Position numbers and translations under genes: made by a program | The notes under the pieces: model-generated | What the model was told of the DNA's origin: nothing | Database searches by the model: none | What the model saw: the letters and a program-made list of their open reading frames with translations, nothing else | Assembly (NCBI GenBank): GCA_048885525.1 | Contig: JBHLLP010000036.1 | Location: 1 to 34,377, forward strand | Direction of reading: 5' to 3' | DNA from: Candidatus Hermodarchaeota archaeon | GTDB taxonomy: Archaea > Asgardarchaeota > Lokiarchaeia > Sigyniarchaeales > SOKP01 | Length of the DNA: 34,377 bases | In this document: positions 21,143 to 29,890 of the stretch, piece by piece | Layout of the letters: each line of letters opens with the position of its first letter | How positions within the stretch are numbered: the first letter of the stretch is position 1

Positions 21143-21518
21143 AGTCTTTAAAATAAGGCAAATGAGAATTACAATGGCAATCTGAAGATCCAAATTTCAT
21201 AATATAACCATCTGATATGTTTAATAATTCATTAGCTATTAAACACTCTAAATTCTGGAGAGTAGGAATTAAGTATATGGAATGTATTGAAGTAAAATTA
21301 CTATTAAGCAAGTAATCGATGTGCCAATGTACTTTTTTACTTACTGGAGGAGATATGTGTCTGCGGACTCTATTAATGAGCGTTATGGATCCAGAATTTC
21401 CCATAGCTGAACCAATATATAAGTAAAATCCTTTTTTAAATTCAACTTTACCTAAAGCACCAATAATAGGTTTTATATTTCTTTGTACAAATACAACTAA
21501 GATGTAAGATCCCTTCAT
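21105..21518 (-). CDS. GIY-YIG (Uri) superfamily nuclease, DUF123 type
   Basis: GSYIL, YLYIGSA, RVRRH, HWHIDYLL, EC, FGSSDCHCNSHL. Confidence 0.9.
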   Translation of the reverse strand: MKGSYILVVFVQRNIKPIIGALGKVEFKKGFYLYIGSAMGNSGSITLINRVRRHISPPVSKKVHWHIDYLLNSNFTSIHSIYLIPTLQNLECLIANELLNISDGYIMKFGSSDCHCNSHLPYFKDFKSLKKLYQLLM

Positions 21519-21688
21519 TTATCACAGTTCTTCTTATGATCGTGATAACAACCATCACAAATGTATTCGCCGCATTTTTTACAAATATTTCCGCATTCCT
21601 CACATACAGGGTTATAGCAATCAACACATTCATAGATCTCTCCTGAAGTATTTTCACCGCAATTCTCACAAATTACTTCTTCATTCAT
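21515..21688 (-). CDS. 57-aa Cys-rich multi-zinc-binding protein (absent from ORF track)
   Basis: Hand translation MNEEVICENCGENTSGEIYECVDCYNPVCEECGNICKKCGEYICDGCYHDHKKNCDK*; its TGA overlaps the nuclease ATG (ATGA). Confidence 0.88.
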   Translation of the reverse strand: MNEEVICENCGENTSGEIYECVDCYNPVCEECGNICKKCGEYICDGCYHDHKKNCDK

Positions 21689-21876
21689 TTTGACAGTTCA
21701 ACTTATTGTTCTTATTAATAATGCTAAAAAAATGATTATTTATAAAAACCTCTATTATTATATGATAAATAAATTAAGGTAGGTGCTTCCTTTTAGATTT
21801 ATAATTTTGAAGCTAAAAGTTTTTTATAATCCTTTAATTCAATATCTGTAATTTATGCAGAGAAAGCTCGGTATTT

Positions 21877-23625
21877 ATGGTAATATCAAAAGATAAAAAA
21901 AGATCTCAATTTGAATTTAGAAGAGATAGAAAATTTTTTGAAAACGAAGGTAGTTCACGTGCAATTACTTCTGGTTCTCTCTATATGTTTTTTTCATTAA
22001 TTAATTCAGGTTGTATCTGGATTTTTATTATTTTAGGAACGAATTGGAGAGGATTAACATATTTTGGTTTAACAACTGCAATTAATGGGATTTTAAGCTT
22101 AATTGGAATTGGTATTACTCGATATTTTATTGCAGAAATTAAAGCAGCATTTGTTCTAAATGAAGAATTTGGACGAATCAAAGCTACAACGTATTCAAAG
22201 TTATTATTTATTGTTGGATTAGGATTAGGGTTAGCAATGATAACTGCTCCATTTATTTTTGGATCCTTATTAACGAATAAAGTATTAAGAGAATGCATTT
22301 TTGCTTCAGGTTTTTCTTCATTCTTAATCTATGCTACTTTTGTGTTTCAAATAGGATTAGAGATTAAAAACAGATATGATATAATTGCGTTTACATCAAT
22401 TTTTAATGGAATTTTTATTTTACCAATAGGATTTATTTTCATTTTTTATGAATTAAACCCTTTTTGGTTTGCTTTTTATCCATTTTTCAATTTAGTAACA
22501 TTATTTTTATTAATTTACTTTTTTAATAGATTAGCTCCTTATTCAATTATGGATATTATTAAAGCAAGTTTAAGATCACGAAATATGAGAATGAAATCTT
22601 CTCCTGAAGTTAGAGAACTTATTAAAAATTATCAAATTCTGATTTATATAAAAAATTCTATATACTCTATGATAACAAATATTCAAAATTCTAAATTTTT
22701 TGAATATATCTTATTCTTAATTGCTACTATTTATTTGACAATTTTTACAGATATATCATATCAAAATTTAGGTTTGAGTTTACTAACTGTCTTGATGGCA
22801 TATGGAGCCGTTAAATCAGTAATACTATATTATTCTGCTCCTTTAAATATTGAAATTGCTGAAGCAAATGCTAAAAAGAGTCATGATACTATTGAAAAAT
22901 CAATAAATGCTGCTACAAGAATTTCGAGTATTTTGGCTTTAGGTTTTTTAACAGCAATGCTCGCTCTGTCTGAAGAAATATTACTTTTCTTGCATCGGGA
23001 CTTTTTTTATGAAGGGACAGTTTTTAATAGTGATTTATTTATTATGGCTCAAGGCTTATTTATATTGATTATAATTGGACAATTTCTTTATGGATATGCA
23101 ACATTATTTGGGAATGCTTTAATTGGATCAGGTTATGTTAGTTCAGCAGCAAAAGGTTTCTCAATAACATTAATAATAATATTTACAACTTCTCCGATTT
23201 TTATATTCTTTTTTGGGATTTTAGGTATTGGCATTGTAATGTTAATCTCAGCACTATTTCTTTTACCATTTATTTTAATTCAACTTAAACGAAAACTGAA
23301 CATTAAATATAATTTCCGAATCTATAGATTAATCCCTAATTTAATAATCCTCCTTTTAATTATGTTGATATTTCCATATAATAGTGTAATTAGCATTATT
23401 TTTGGAATAGTAATTGGAGCCGCATTATATTTATTTTTAAACCCATTTTTTGGAGTTTCTATTCCCGAGGATCTCCAGATGATCAATGATTTGTTTAATA
23501 CATTGAAATTGAAATTTATAGGGACTTTTATAGTAAATGCCATGAAAAACACATATAATTTCAGCCCTTTAAATAAAGATAAAATAGTTCTTGAAGAAGA
23601 TAAATTAATTTTAGTAAAAAAATAA
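21877..23625 (+). CDS. MOP-superfamily flippase/exporter (Wzx/MATE-like)
   Basis: About 14 TM segments in two halves with a central hydrophilic loop; NALIGSG and 'GILGIGI' C-terminal pattern. Confidence 0.6.
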   Translation: MVISKDKKRSQFEFRRDRKFFENEGSSRAITSGSLYMFFSLINSGCIWIFIILGTNWRGLTYFGLTTAINGILSLIGIGITRYFIAEIKAAFVLNEEFGRIKATTYSKLLFIVGLGLGLAMITAPFIFGSLLTNKVLRECIFASGFSSFLIYATFVFQIGLEIKNRYDIIAFTSIFNGIFILPIGFIFIFYELNPFWFAFYPFFNLVTLFLLIYFFNRLAPYSIMDIIKASLRSRNMRMKSSPEVRELIKNYQILIYIKNSIYSMITNIQNSKFFEYILFLIATIYLTIFTDISYQNLGLSLLTVLMAYGAVKSVILYYSAPLNIEIAEANAKKSHDTIEKSINAATRISSILALGFLTAMLALSEEILLFLHRDFFYEGTVFNSDLFIMAQGLFILIIIGQFLYGYATLFGNALIGSGYVSSAAKGFSITLIIIFTTSPIFIFFFGILGIGIVMLISALFLLPFILIQLKRKLNIKYNFRIYRLIPNLIILLLIMLIFPYNSVISIIFGIVIGAALYLFLNPFFGVSIPEDLQMINDLFNTLKLKFIGTFIVNAMKNTYNFSPLNKDKIVLEEDKLILVKK

Positions 23626-23648
23626 TCAATAGATTTAGTAATTACGTT

Positions 23649-24437
23649 CTAGACTCTAAATTGGTTAAAATCTGCTTTACGTTTTTCTATAAATGCATTT
23701 TTACCTTCCATAGCTTCATCTGTGTTATAATACATTGACAATCCACCAACTCCTAGTTGAGTTATGCCTGTCACGCCATCAGTTTCGGCCAAAAAAGCAT
23801 ATTTTAGCATTTTAAGAGCGATGGGGCTCTTCTCTAACAATTCCTGGCACCAATGATCTACTTCCTCATCTAATTTTTCATATGGAACGACCGCGTTTAA
23901 AAGTCCCATTTCTAAAGCTTGTTTTGCTGTATATCGACGACATAAATACCAAATTTCTTTCGCTCGTTTTATACCAACAGCACGCATTAAATCTCCTGTT
24001 CCATAGCCAGGGTCGAATGATCCTACACGAGGTCCTGCTTGACCAAATTGTGCATGTTCTACTGCTATACTTAGGTCACAATTAGTTTGCCATACGTGTC
24101 CACCTCCAATTGCATACCCATTTACACGAGCAATAACTGGTTTAGGTAGGGTACGGATTAAAAGTGTTACTCGTTGCCAACCAACTTCAAGTGGTAATAA
24201 AAGTTCTCCTTCATAGCCCCCCTTCTCACGTGTTGTCTGATCCCCTCCGGTACAAAAAGCTTTATCACCTATTCCAGTAAAAACAATAACACCAATTTTA
24301 TTATCCCAACATTGGTCAAAGGCATCTATCAATTCATGTACAGCGCGGAGATTACAAGCATTATAACGTTGAGGTCGATTGATAGTAATACGGGCAATTC
24401 TATCCTTCTTTTCAAATATTATTTCTTTATACTCCAT
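23649..24437 (-). CDS. Crotonase-family enzyme, MenB (DHNA-CoA synthase) / BadI-like
   Basis: ITINRPQRYNA, AFCTGGDQ, GYAIGGGH, FGQAGPRVGSFD, KEIWYLCRRY, EGKNAFIEKR. Confidence 0.85.
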   Translation of the reverse strand: MEYKEIIFEKKDRIARITINRPQRYNACNLRAVHELIDAFDQCWDNKIGVIVFTGIGDKAFCTGGDQTTREKGGYEGELLLPLEVGWQRVTLLIRTLPKPVIARVNGYAIGGGHVWQTNCDLSIAVEHAQFGQAGPRVGSFDPGYGTGDLMRAVGIKRAKEIWYLCRRYTAKQALEMGLLNAVVPYEKLDEEVDHWCQELLEKSPIALKMLKYAFLAETDGVTGITQLGVGGLSMYYNTDEAMEGKNAFIEKRKADFNQFRV

Positions 24438-24562
24438 TTTTTAATCCCTCACATTTTTTAAATAATTTAATTTCTGATGATTAATCCTTAATTTGAACAA
24501 AATATATTATTTTTGGTTTTTGTAAGTCTAAAAGTGATAAGTTTACTAGTTCAGTTTTTTGA

Positions 24563-24584
24563 TCGTGAAACAAGAGTTTCACGA
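24563..24584. promoter_or_regulatory. Perfect 9-bp inverted repeat, candidate operator
   Basis: TCGTGAAAC-aaga-GTTTCACGA, intergenic, upstream of the MenB/BadI-like gene. Confidence 0.5.
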
Positions 24585-24618
24585 AATATTTATATTAATT
24601 TTAACTAGAATCAAATGC

Positions 24619-25923
24619 TTAAAAATCAGCGCAGAGAAATATTATAAGCTCCTTTATAAACAGCAACAAATCTTTTAGACGTATATATTCATTAACTCCA
24701 TGATCATTTGATCCTGGATTTCCAACTCCATAGAAAATAATATCATCTTTATTTAAAATTTCCGAGACAAAACCCATATCTGTAGAACCTGCTATGCCAA
24801 TAATTTTAACTTCGTCTTTTGGAGTATTCTGTACTAAACTGATAACCTCTTTCATTCGATTTATGTCTGGAGCATTAGGATTGGCTGTCATTGGAGGATA
24901 ATCATAATCATAAGTAGTTCTAATATCTAGTAGTTTGCTTTTACTTTTTCCTCTGTCAATCGCTTCAGCAATTTCTTTCTTTACATCCTCAATATTTTCA
25001 TCTGGAATTACTCTTCGATTAATTATCAAAGTACAAAGATCTGGAACGATATTAGATTTTGTTCCAGAATGAATTATATCCAAATTAAACATTGGAGTCA
25101 TATTTCTTTTTACTCCTGTTCCAAATTGCGGAAAACCTGGAATTGTTTTACTTTCTCGAGCTTCAACTATTTTTTTCAAATTCATTAATTCATTTAATAT
25201 AGGAATTGTTTCTTCTAAGGCATTAATCCCTAAAAAATTTGTTCCAGAATGGCAACTTCTACCAAAAGATTCAACTTTCACATTTAATACACCTGCAGTT
25301 CCAATAATAATAAGAGGATTAACTATACCTTCCATACAAAAAACAGTCCCTTTAACGTAACCTCTTTCTGTTAAATATCTAACACCTGGCCAAATGCCTA
25401 GCTCTTCATCAGTACAATTTAGAACTGTGATGTTATATTTTGGTTTAAGGTTTAATTTTTCGATAATTTGCAAAGCAAGAATCAAGCCCACCATTGATCC
25501 TTTCATATCAGCTGTACCACGTCCATATATCTTACCACTCTTAATCATAGTTGCCGCGAATGGAGGAAAACGCCATTTTGTTTTTCCCTCTTCAGGTGCA
25601 GGTACAACATCCATATGACCATAGAATGTTATATTTTTATCTACATCATAATTTTTGCTAGCAACAAGATTAATCCGTGGACCTTCTAAGGGATATGGTA
25701 TTTCTTTTACTAGATCTGCAGGCACAATAACTTCTTCTAAACTAAAGCTTAAATTTTCAAAATATGGGGAAATAATCTCAATATACTCACGATAAGTATT
25801 TCCAGGAGGGACTGTAGTATCTACACCAATTAATTTTTTCATAATTTCCATTATATATTCGCTTTCTAAATTATCTACTTCCTCGTAAATTTTATCAAAA
25901 TTCATCAGTTTATCACTAATCAA
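24619..25923 (-). CDS. M20 family metallopeptidase/deacylase (ArgE/DapE-like); likely start ATG 25905
   Basis: GHMDVVP, YGRGTADMKG, DEE, HSG, NIVPD, GSTDM, HGVNE. Confidence 0.92.
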   Translation of the reverse strand: MISDKLMNFDKIYEEVDNLESEYIMEIMKKLIGVDTTVPPGNTYREYIEIISPYFENLSFSLEEVIVPADLVKEIPYPLEGPRINLVASKNYDVDKNITFYGHMDVVPAPEEGKTKWRFPPFAATMIKSGKIYGRGTADMKGSMVGLILALQIIEKLNLKPKYNITVLNCTDEELGIWPGVRYLTERGYVKGTVFCMEGIVNPLIIIGTAGVLNVKVESFGRSCHSGTNFLGINALEETIPILNELMNLKKIVEARESKTIPGFPQFGTGVKRNMTPMFNLDIIHSGTKSNIVPDLCTLIINRRVIPDENIEDVKKEIAEAIDRGKSKSKLLDIRTTYDYDYPPMTANPNAPDINRMKEVISLVQNTPKDEVKIIGIAGSTDMGFVSEILNKDDIIFYGVGNPGSNDHGVNEYIRLKDLLLFIKELIIFLCADF

Positions 25924-26010
25924 AATTATTATTAAGTTTGAAAAATCTAGAATATATTATATTTCTTTATTTATCAATCAATTCTTTAATTGAATATTTA
26001 ATAGAACTAG

Positions 26011-26538
26011 TTAAAAAACCATCTTCTGTTTAATTTCTTGGACCATTTTCTGTCCTTCATTATTTATTTCGGTTATGATCTCTCGTAATATATCATTAAT
26101 AGCAATACCACGCAATTCACATGAAATATATAATAACGAGAGTATTTGTTTAGCTAAAACACGAATATTTTTAATATCACTTACAGGGATTCTGATACCA
26201 AGCGCTTTCAAATCCATATGGGTCTCCTTTTCTTGTTGTCTTATTGTAATTAAAATATCATTTTTTCTTCCCTTCCATTCTTCTGTAATTGCCCTTAGAG
26301 ATAATAGATATCTTTTAGTAGGACTTCCAATTCCCATAACATCCTTGGCAAAATTGAGAGGTTCAGAGTTTCTTACTGTTTTCAATCCAAATGTTCGATT
26401 TATTTTATAATTTTTATCTAATTTTGTTTTCATCCTTGAAATTTCATCAGTGAGCTGTTCAATTCTTAAAGATAATTTCTCAAATTTCTTTAGAAAGATT
26501 TCTTCAGTGCTGTGTTCAAAATTACTCATATTAAACAC
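26011..26538 (-). CDS. Hypothetical protein: N-terminal coiled coil plus possible PC4-like domain; likely start ATG 26529
   Basis: Heptads at about aa 16-42; EEWKGRK..ILITIRQ....GIRIPVSDI. Confidence 0.65.
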   Translation of the reverse strand: MFNMSNFEHSTEEIFLKKFEKLSLRIEQLTDEISRMKTKLDKNYKINRTFGLKTVRNSEPLNFAKDVMGIGSPTKRYLLSLRAITEEWKGRKNDILITIRQQEKETHMDLKALGIRIPVSDIKNIRVLAKQILSLLYISCELRGIAINDILREIITEINNEGQKMVQEIKQKMVF

Positions 26539-26666
26539 AAATTAGAATTTAAGTATGACACTTTTTGAATTAGTCTTTAATAAAACTAATTATTAAACTA
26601 TTAATCTATGCGGAATTTTTAATTTATCATTAATAAAAAAAGACTAATAATTAGGTAAGTAAACTT

Positions 26667-28034
26667 TTAGTTATTTTTATTACTTTCTTCAGTTTCTTGA
26701 ATAATACTATCATCAATAACTTTTTCAGATTTATCTTCTAAGAATTTTAAAAATCTTTTCTCTATCTTTAGTCTTTTAGATTCATAGGTATGTTCAATCT
26801 CATCAATTTTTTTAACAACATCTGGACTAACGTATTCCTCTATTTTATTAAACTCCTCTTTTGTATATAAAATATCGCGGATTTCTTTGCTTTCCAATAG
26901 ATCTGGATTTTTAACAGTAAGTTCTTGAGTCACTAAATCTATAATTTCTTTCTTCTTATGGTCTTCTCGAGCGTATTTTATCAGTTCATATATGCTAATT
27001 ACTATGAGAAGTAATATGAAAAATGCTAATACTGCTATATTTTTGGCGAGATTGATATCATCATTATCAAGAGAAGATAGAGCAGAAATCCATGGAATCT
27101 TTACTAGTCCAAAGATTTCATATGGAAAATAATGGATAAATTCATATGCTACTTTTGAAAGAATTAACCAAATTATCACTGCATCAAGCCCAAATCTTTT
27201 AAATCTTTTGCTTAGAAATTCTGCTTGTGAACCCATAAGAGTACTTAAAGAGTAAAAAATAATCAGCATATCTGGAATGATCATTACAATATAAGCCCAA
27301 ATGGGACCGACTTTATTCTCTTCAGTATCAACAATACCAAGATAGATCTTTAGTACTAAAAATAGTGTATAGATCGAAACCAATATAGCAAATGTACCAA
27401 ACCATCCAGGAAAACTTTTTTTAAACATATATACAACGCATATAATTGCAAGTCCAACAAGGATTCCTCCAACAAGTATATAAATACCATTTAGATACCA
27501 TGGAAACGCTATGAGATCAAATTCTATAGTTGTTATAACTGATAAATCTAATAATGTGGGTATAATAATAAATAAATATAGTAATATAAGTGAACCAGCT
27601 AAACCCCCGAAAAAGATAACAGTTCTTAAAAAAGGTCTTGTTTTTGGAATTTTATGTAGTTTTTTATCAACACTCTTTCCTACTAAATAACATGCATAGA
27701 TGATAAACCATGATGTGAAGAAAAAATATGTAATTATTGAAATCGCAAATAATATTATAAGGACTATTGAAATCAAGAGTATAATCGGTAAAGAAACTAG
27801 TAAAAACAAAACAATCTTCCAGGTTGGATATTTAAAGATGTCTCTCTTAGAAACTAGAGAGAGCAAAAATAAGAACATTAGGAAGACTATGAATGGTAAA
27901 TATACGATAATACCTATTATTGAAACATACCGATTAGGGTATGGAACTAAAGCTACACCTACTAACATCCAAATTACTAGAGTCAATAATCTCCAATCTT
28001 TACCTAATTTTTTTAAATTTTCGATAAAAATCAT
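26667..28034 (-). CDS. Polytopic membrane protein (about 10 TM) with a charged soluble C-terminal tail
   Basis: Hydrophobicity pattern; about 100-aa K/E-rich tail. Confidence 0.7.
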   Translation of the reverse strand: MIFIENLKKLGKDWRLLTLVIWMLVGVALVPYPNRYVSIIGIIVYLPFIVFLMFLFLLSLVSKRDIFKYPTWKIVLFLLVSLPIILLISIVLIILFAISIITYFFFTSWFIIYACYLVGKSVDKKLHKIPKTRPFLRTVIFFGGLAGSLILLYLFIIIPTLLDLSVITTIEFDLIAFPWYLNGIYILVGGILVGLAIICVVYMFKKSFPGWFGTFAILVSIYTLFLVLKIYLGIVDTEENKVGPIWAYIVMIIPDMLIIFYSLSTLMGSQAEFLSKRFKRFGLDAVIIWLILSKVAYEFIHYFPYEIFGLVKIPWISALSSLDNDDINLAKNIAVLAFFILLLIVISIYELIKYAREDHKKKEIIDLVTQELTVKNPDLLESKEIRDILYTKEEFNKIEEYVSPDVVKKIDEIEHTYESKRLKIEKRFLKFLEDKSEKVIDDSIIQETEESNKNN

Positions 28035-28118
28035 AAAAAAATAGATAGATTAGATATATTTAAAATTTTCTTATTGCAGACGAATAATACAACATTTTCA
28101 TTTTATTAATAAAGGAAT

Positions 28119-28919
28119 TTAAAAAAATTCACTTAATCTTTTTTGATTGGAAAATTTACGATAAGGTAAACCAAATTTCTTTTTTAACTCATTAACAGAT
28201 TCGGGAGCAAAACCTTGAAAGTGATTATTTACTATAATGAAGATTTCATATACATTAGGTATTTTATTTATATCTTGAATACCCATATAGAAACTATTTA
28301 AAGCTTTCTTTTGATGTCTTTGAATTCTGTTAAAAACAGTTAGTTTTCTATCTCCAATTAATCTGATATAATAAAATTTTTGATTTTGCATATAGTATGG
28401 AGTTAGTCCCGGCATATAGGTCGTTCCAAGTATTTTCTGATTACCATCAGTAAATTCGATGAGAATTTTAGGATTGAACCATGAATTATCTCGCAATTCA
28501 ATAATATATTTATATTCTAGGGGAATTTTATTTAGTAATAGCTTTAATTTTTGAACATTATTTTCTGAGTATCGAAACCAAGGAGGGAATTGTAATAAAA
28601 AAGCCTCAATCTTTGGTTTCAAATGTTTTAATTTTGAAAAAAAATTGATAATATTTGATTCTAAATGAGGATCCTCCAGATGATGAGTTATTTGTTGCCA
28701 TACTTTCACAATAAAGCGAAAATTTTCTGGCACATGATGTTTCCAATTAATTACTATATCCTCAGCAGGTAAATTATAGAATGTTGAATTTATCTCAACG
28801 AAATTGAAGAATTTTGAGAAGTATTCCAATTGCTGGGATTTATATAACTTTTTAGGATAAAAAGGACCAATCCAATCTTTATAATCCCAGCCAGCAGTTC
28901 CAACAGTTATTTTAACCAT
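28119..28919 (-). CDS. DUF72 (YecE/UPF0759) family protein
   Basis: GTAGWDYKDW.GPFYP, VEINSTFY, ITH, LLQFPPWF, ELRDNSW, YIRLIG, NNHFQGFA. Confidence 0.92.
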   Translation of the reverse strand: MVKITVGTAGWDYKDWIGPFYPKKLYKSQQLEYFSKFFNFVEINSTFYNLPAEDIVINWKHHVPENFRFIVKVWQQITHHLEDPHLESNIINFFSKLKHLKPKIEAFLLQFPPWFRYSENNVQKLKLLLNKIPLEYKYIIELRDNSWFNPKILIEFTDGNQKILGTTYMPGLTPYYMQNQKFYYIRLIGDRKLTVFNRIQRHQKKALNSFYMGIQDINKIPNVYEIFIIVNNHFQGFAPESVNELKKKFGLPYRKFSNQKRLSEFF

Positions 28920-29048
28920 TTGAACGGTTTAGGAAATATTATGATATTTTAATGATTCAATATTTTCTTAAACTGAAATAATTAATTTTTATACATAATT
29001 ATTTTCAATTTAAATTATAAGAATAAAACGATTACATGGTGAAACATT

Positions 29049-29759
29049 ATTAGTATTGATTGGGTTAAAGTGGAAGAAAAACCGGAAAAGAAACTATCCG
29101 TTGAAGGAAAAATATTATTGGAATTCCAAGCTAAAATAAAAAACTTAGAACAGAAATTAGAGAATACTCATAAACGATTAGAAAAAATAACAAATGAGTT
29201 AATTATAACAAAGACCAAGTTAGCTGGTTGTGAAAAAAGCCTTACAGAACTTACAGAAAGAAGATCTTCTGCCAGAAAATCTTTGGATGAAGTGAAACAA
29301 GAAAAATTACAGATTGATATTGAACTTACTAAAGTAACATCCGAAAAAACAAATTTAGAAGAGAAGTTTGATGAGGCAATGAAAAAAATTACACAACTAG
29401 AACAACAATTAAATCTTAAAGTTGAAAAATCATCAGATTTTGAGCAGAAACTATTAGATAAAGATAACGTACTTCAAGAAAAAGAAGAAGAGTTATTAAT
29501 TAAAGTAAAAGAACTTTTAAAAAAAAATGAAGAAATCCAGAATCTTAAGAGTGAAATTGAGGAAATAAAGAAAAAATTAAATGATGAGATAAAATTGAAT
29601 GATCAACAAGTTAAAAAATTTAAAGCATTTGAAGCTCAAATGTCTGAAGTTATAAATGCTACAAAAATAGTTGAAAAAATTAAAAAGATAATGGAAACAA
29701 AAGGCTTCTTATCTGACAAGGAACTTGAGCTTTTATTAAAGGAAAAAGAAGATTTATGA
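29049..29759 (+). CDS. Coiled-coil protein, paralog 1 (inferred ATT start 29049; first canonical start GTG 29070)
   Basis: Near-continuous heptads; N-terminal SIDWVK..KPEKKLSVEGK and C-terminal KGFLSDKE shared with the downstream paralog. Confidence 0.8.
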   Translation: MSIDWVKVEEKPEKKLSVEGKILLEFQAKIKNLEQKLENTHKRLEKITNELIITKTKLAGCEKSLTELTERRSSARKSLDEVKQEKLQIDIELTKVTSEKTNLEEKFDEAMKKITQLEQQLNLKVEKSSDFEQKLLDKDNVLQEKEEELLIKVKELLKKNEEIQNLKSEIEEIKKKLNDEIKLNDQQVKKFKAFEAQMSEVINATKIVEKIKKIMETKGFLSDKELELLLKEKEDL

Positions 29760-29890
29760 TTGTTAATCACTCAAGTGATCAATTCAAAATCAAATTTTTT
29801 AATGCAAAATTTATAAATAATCAATTTTAAAGACTTAAATATAAGCAAAATAAAAAAAAATTTTTAAAAATATAATAAGGTGGAAGTGAA

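Noticed and set aside
21448-21669. 73-aa minus-strand ORF in the track
   Set aside because: Wrong frame; the Cys-rich 21515..21688 frame explains the sequence and abuts the nuclease start.
29766-29779. ATCACT-ca-AGTGAT inverted repeat between the coiled-coil genes
   Set aside because: Only 6-bp arms, plausible by chance.
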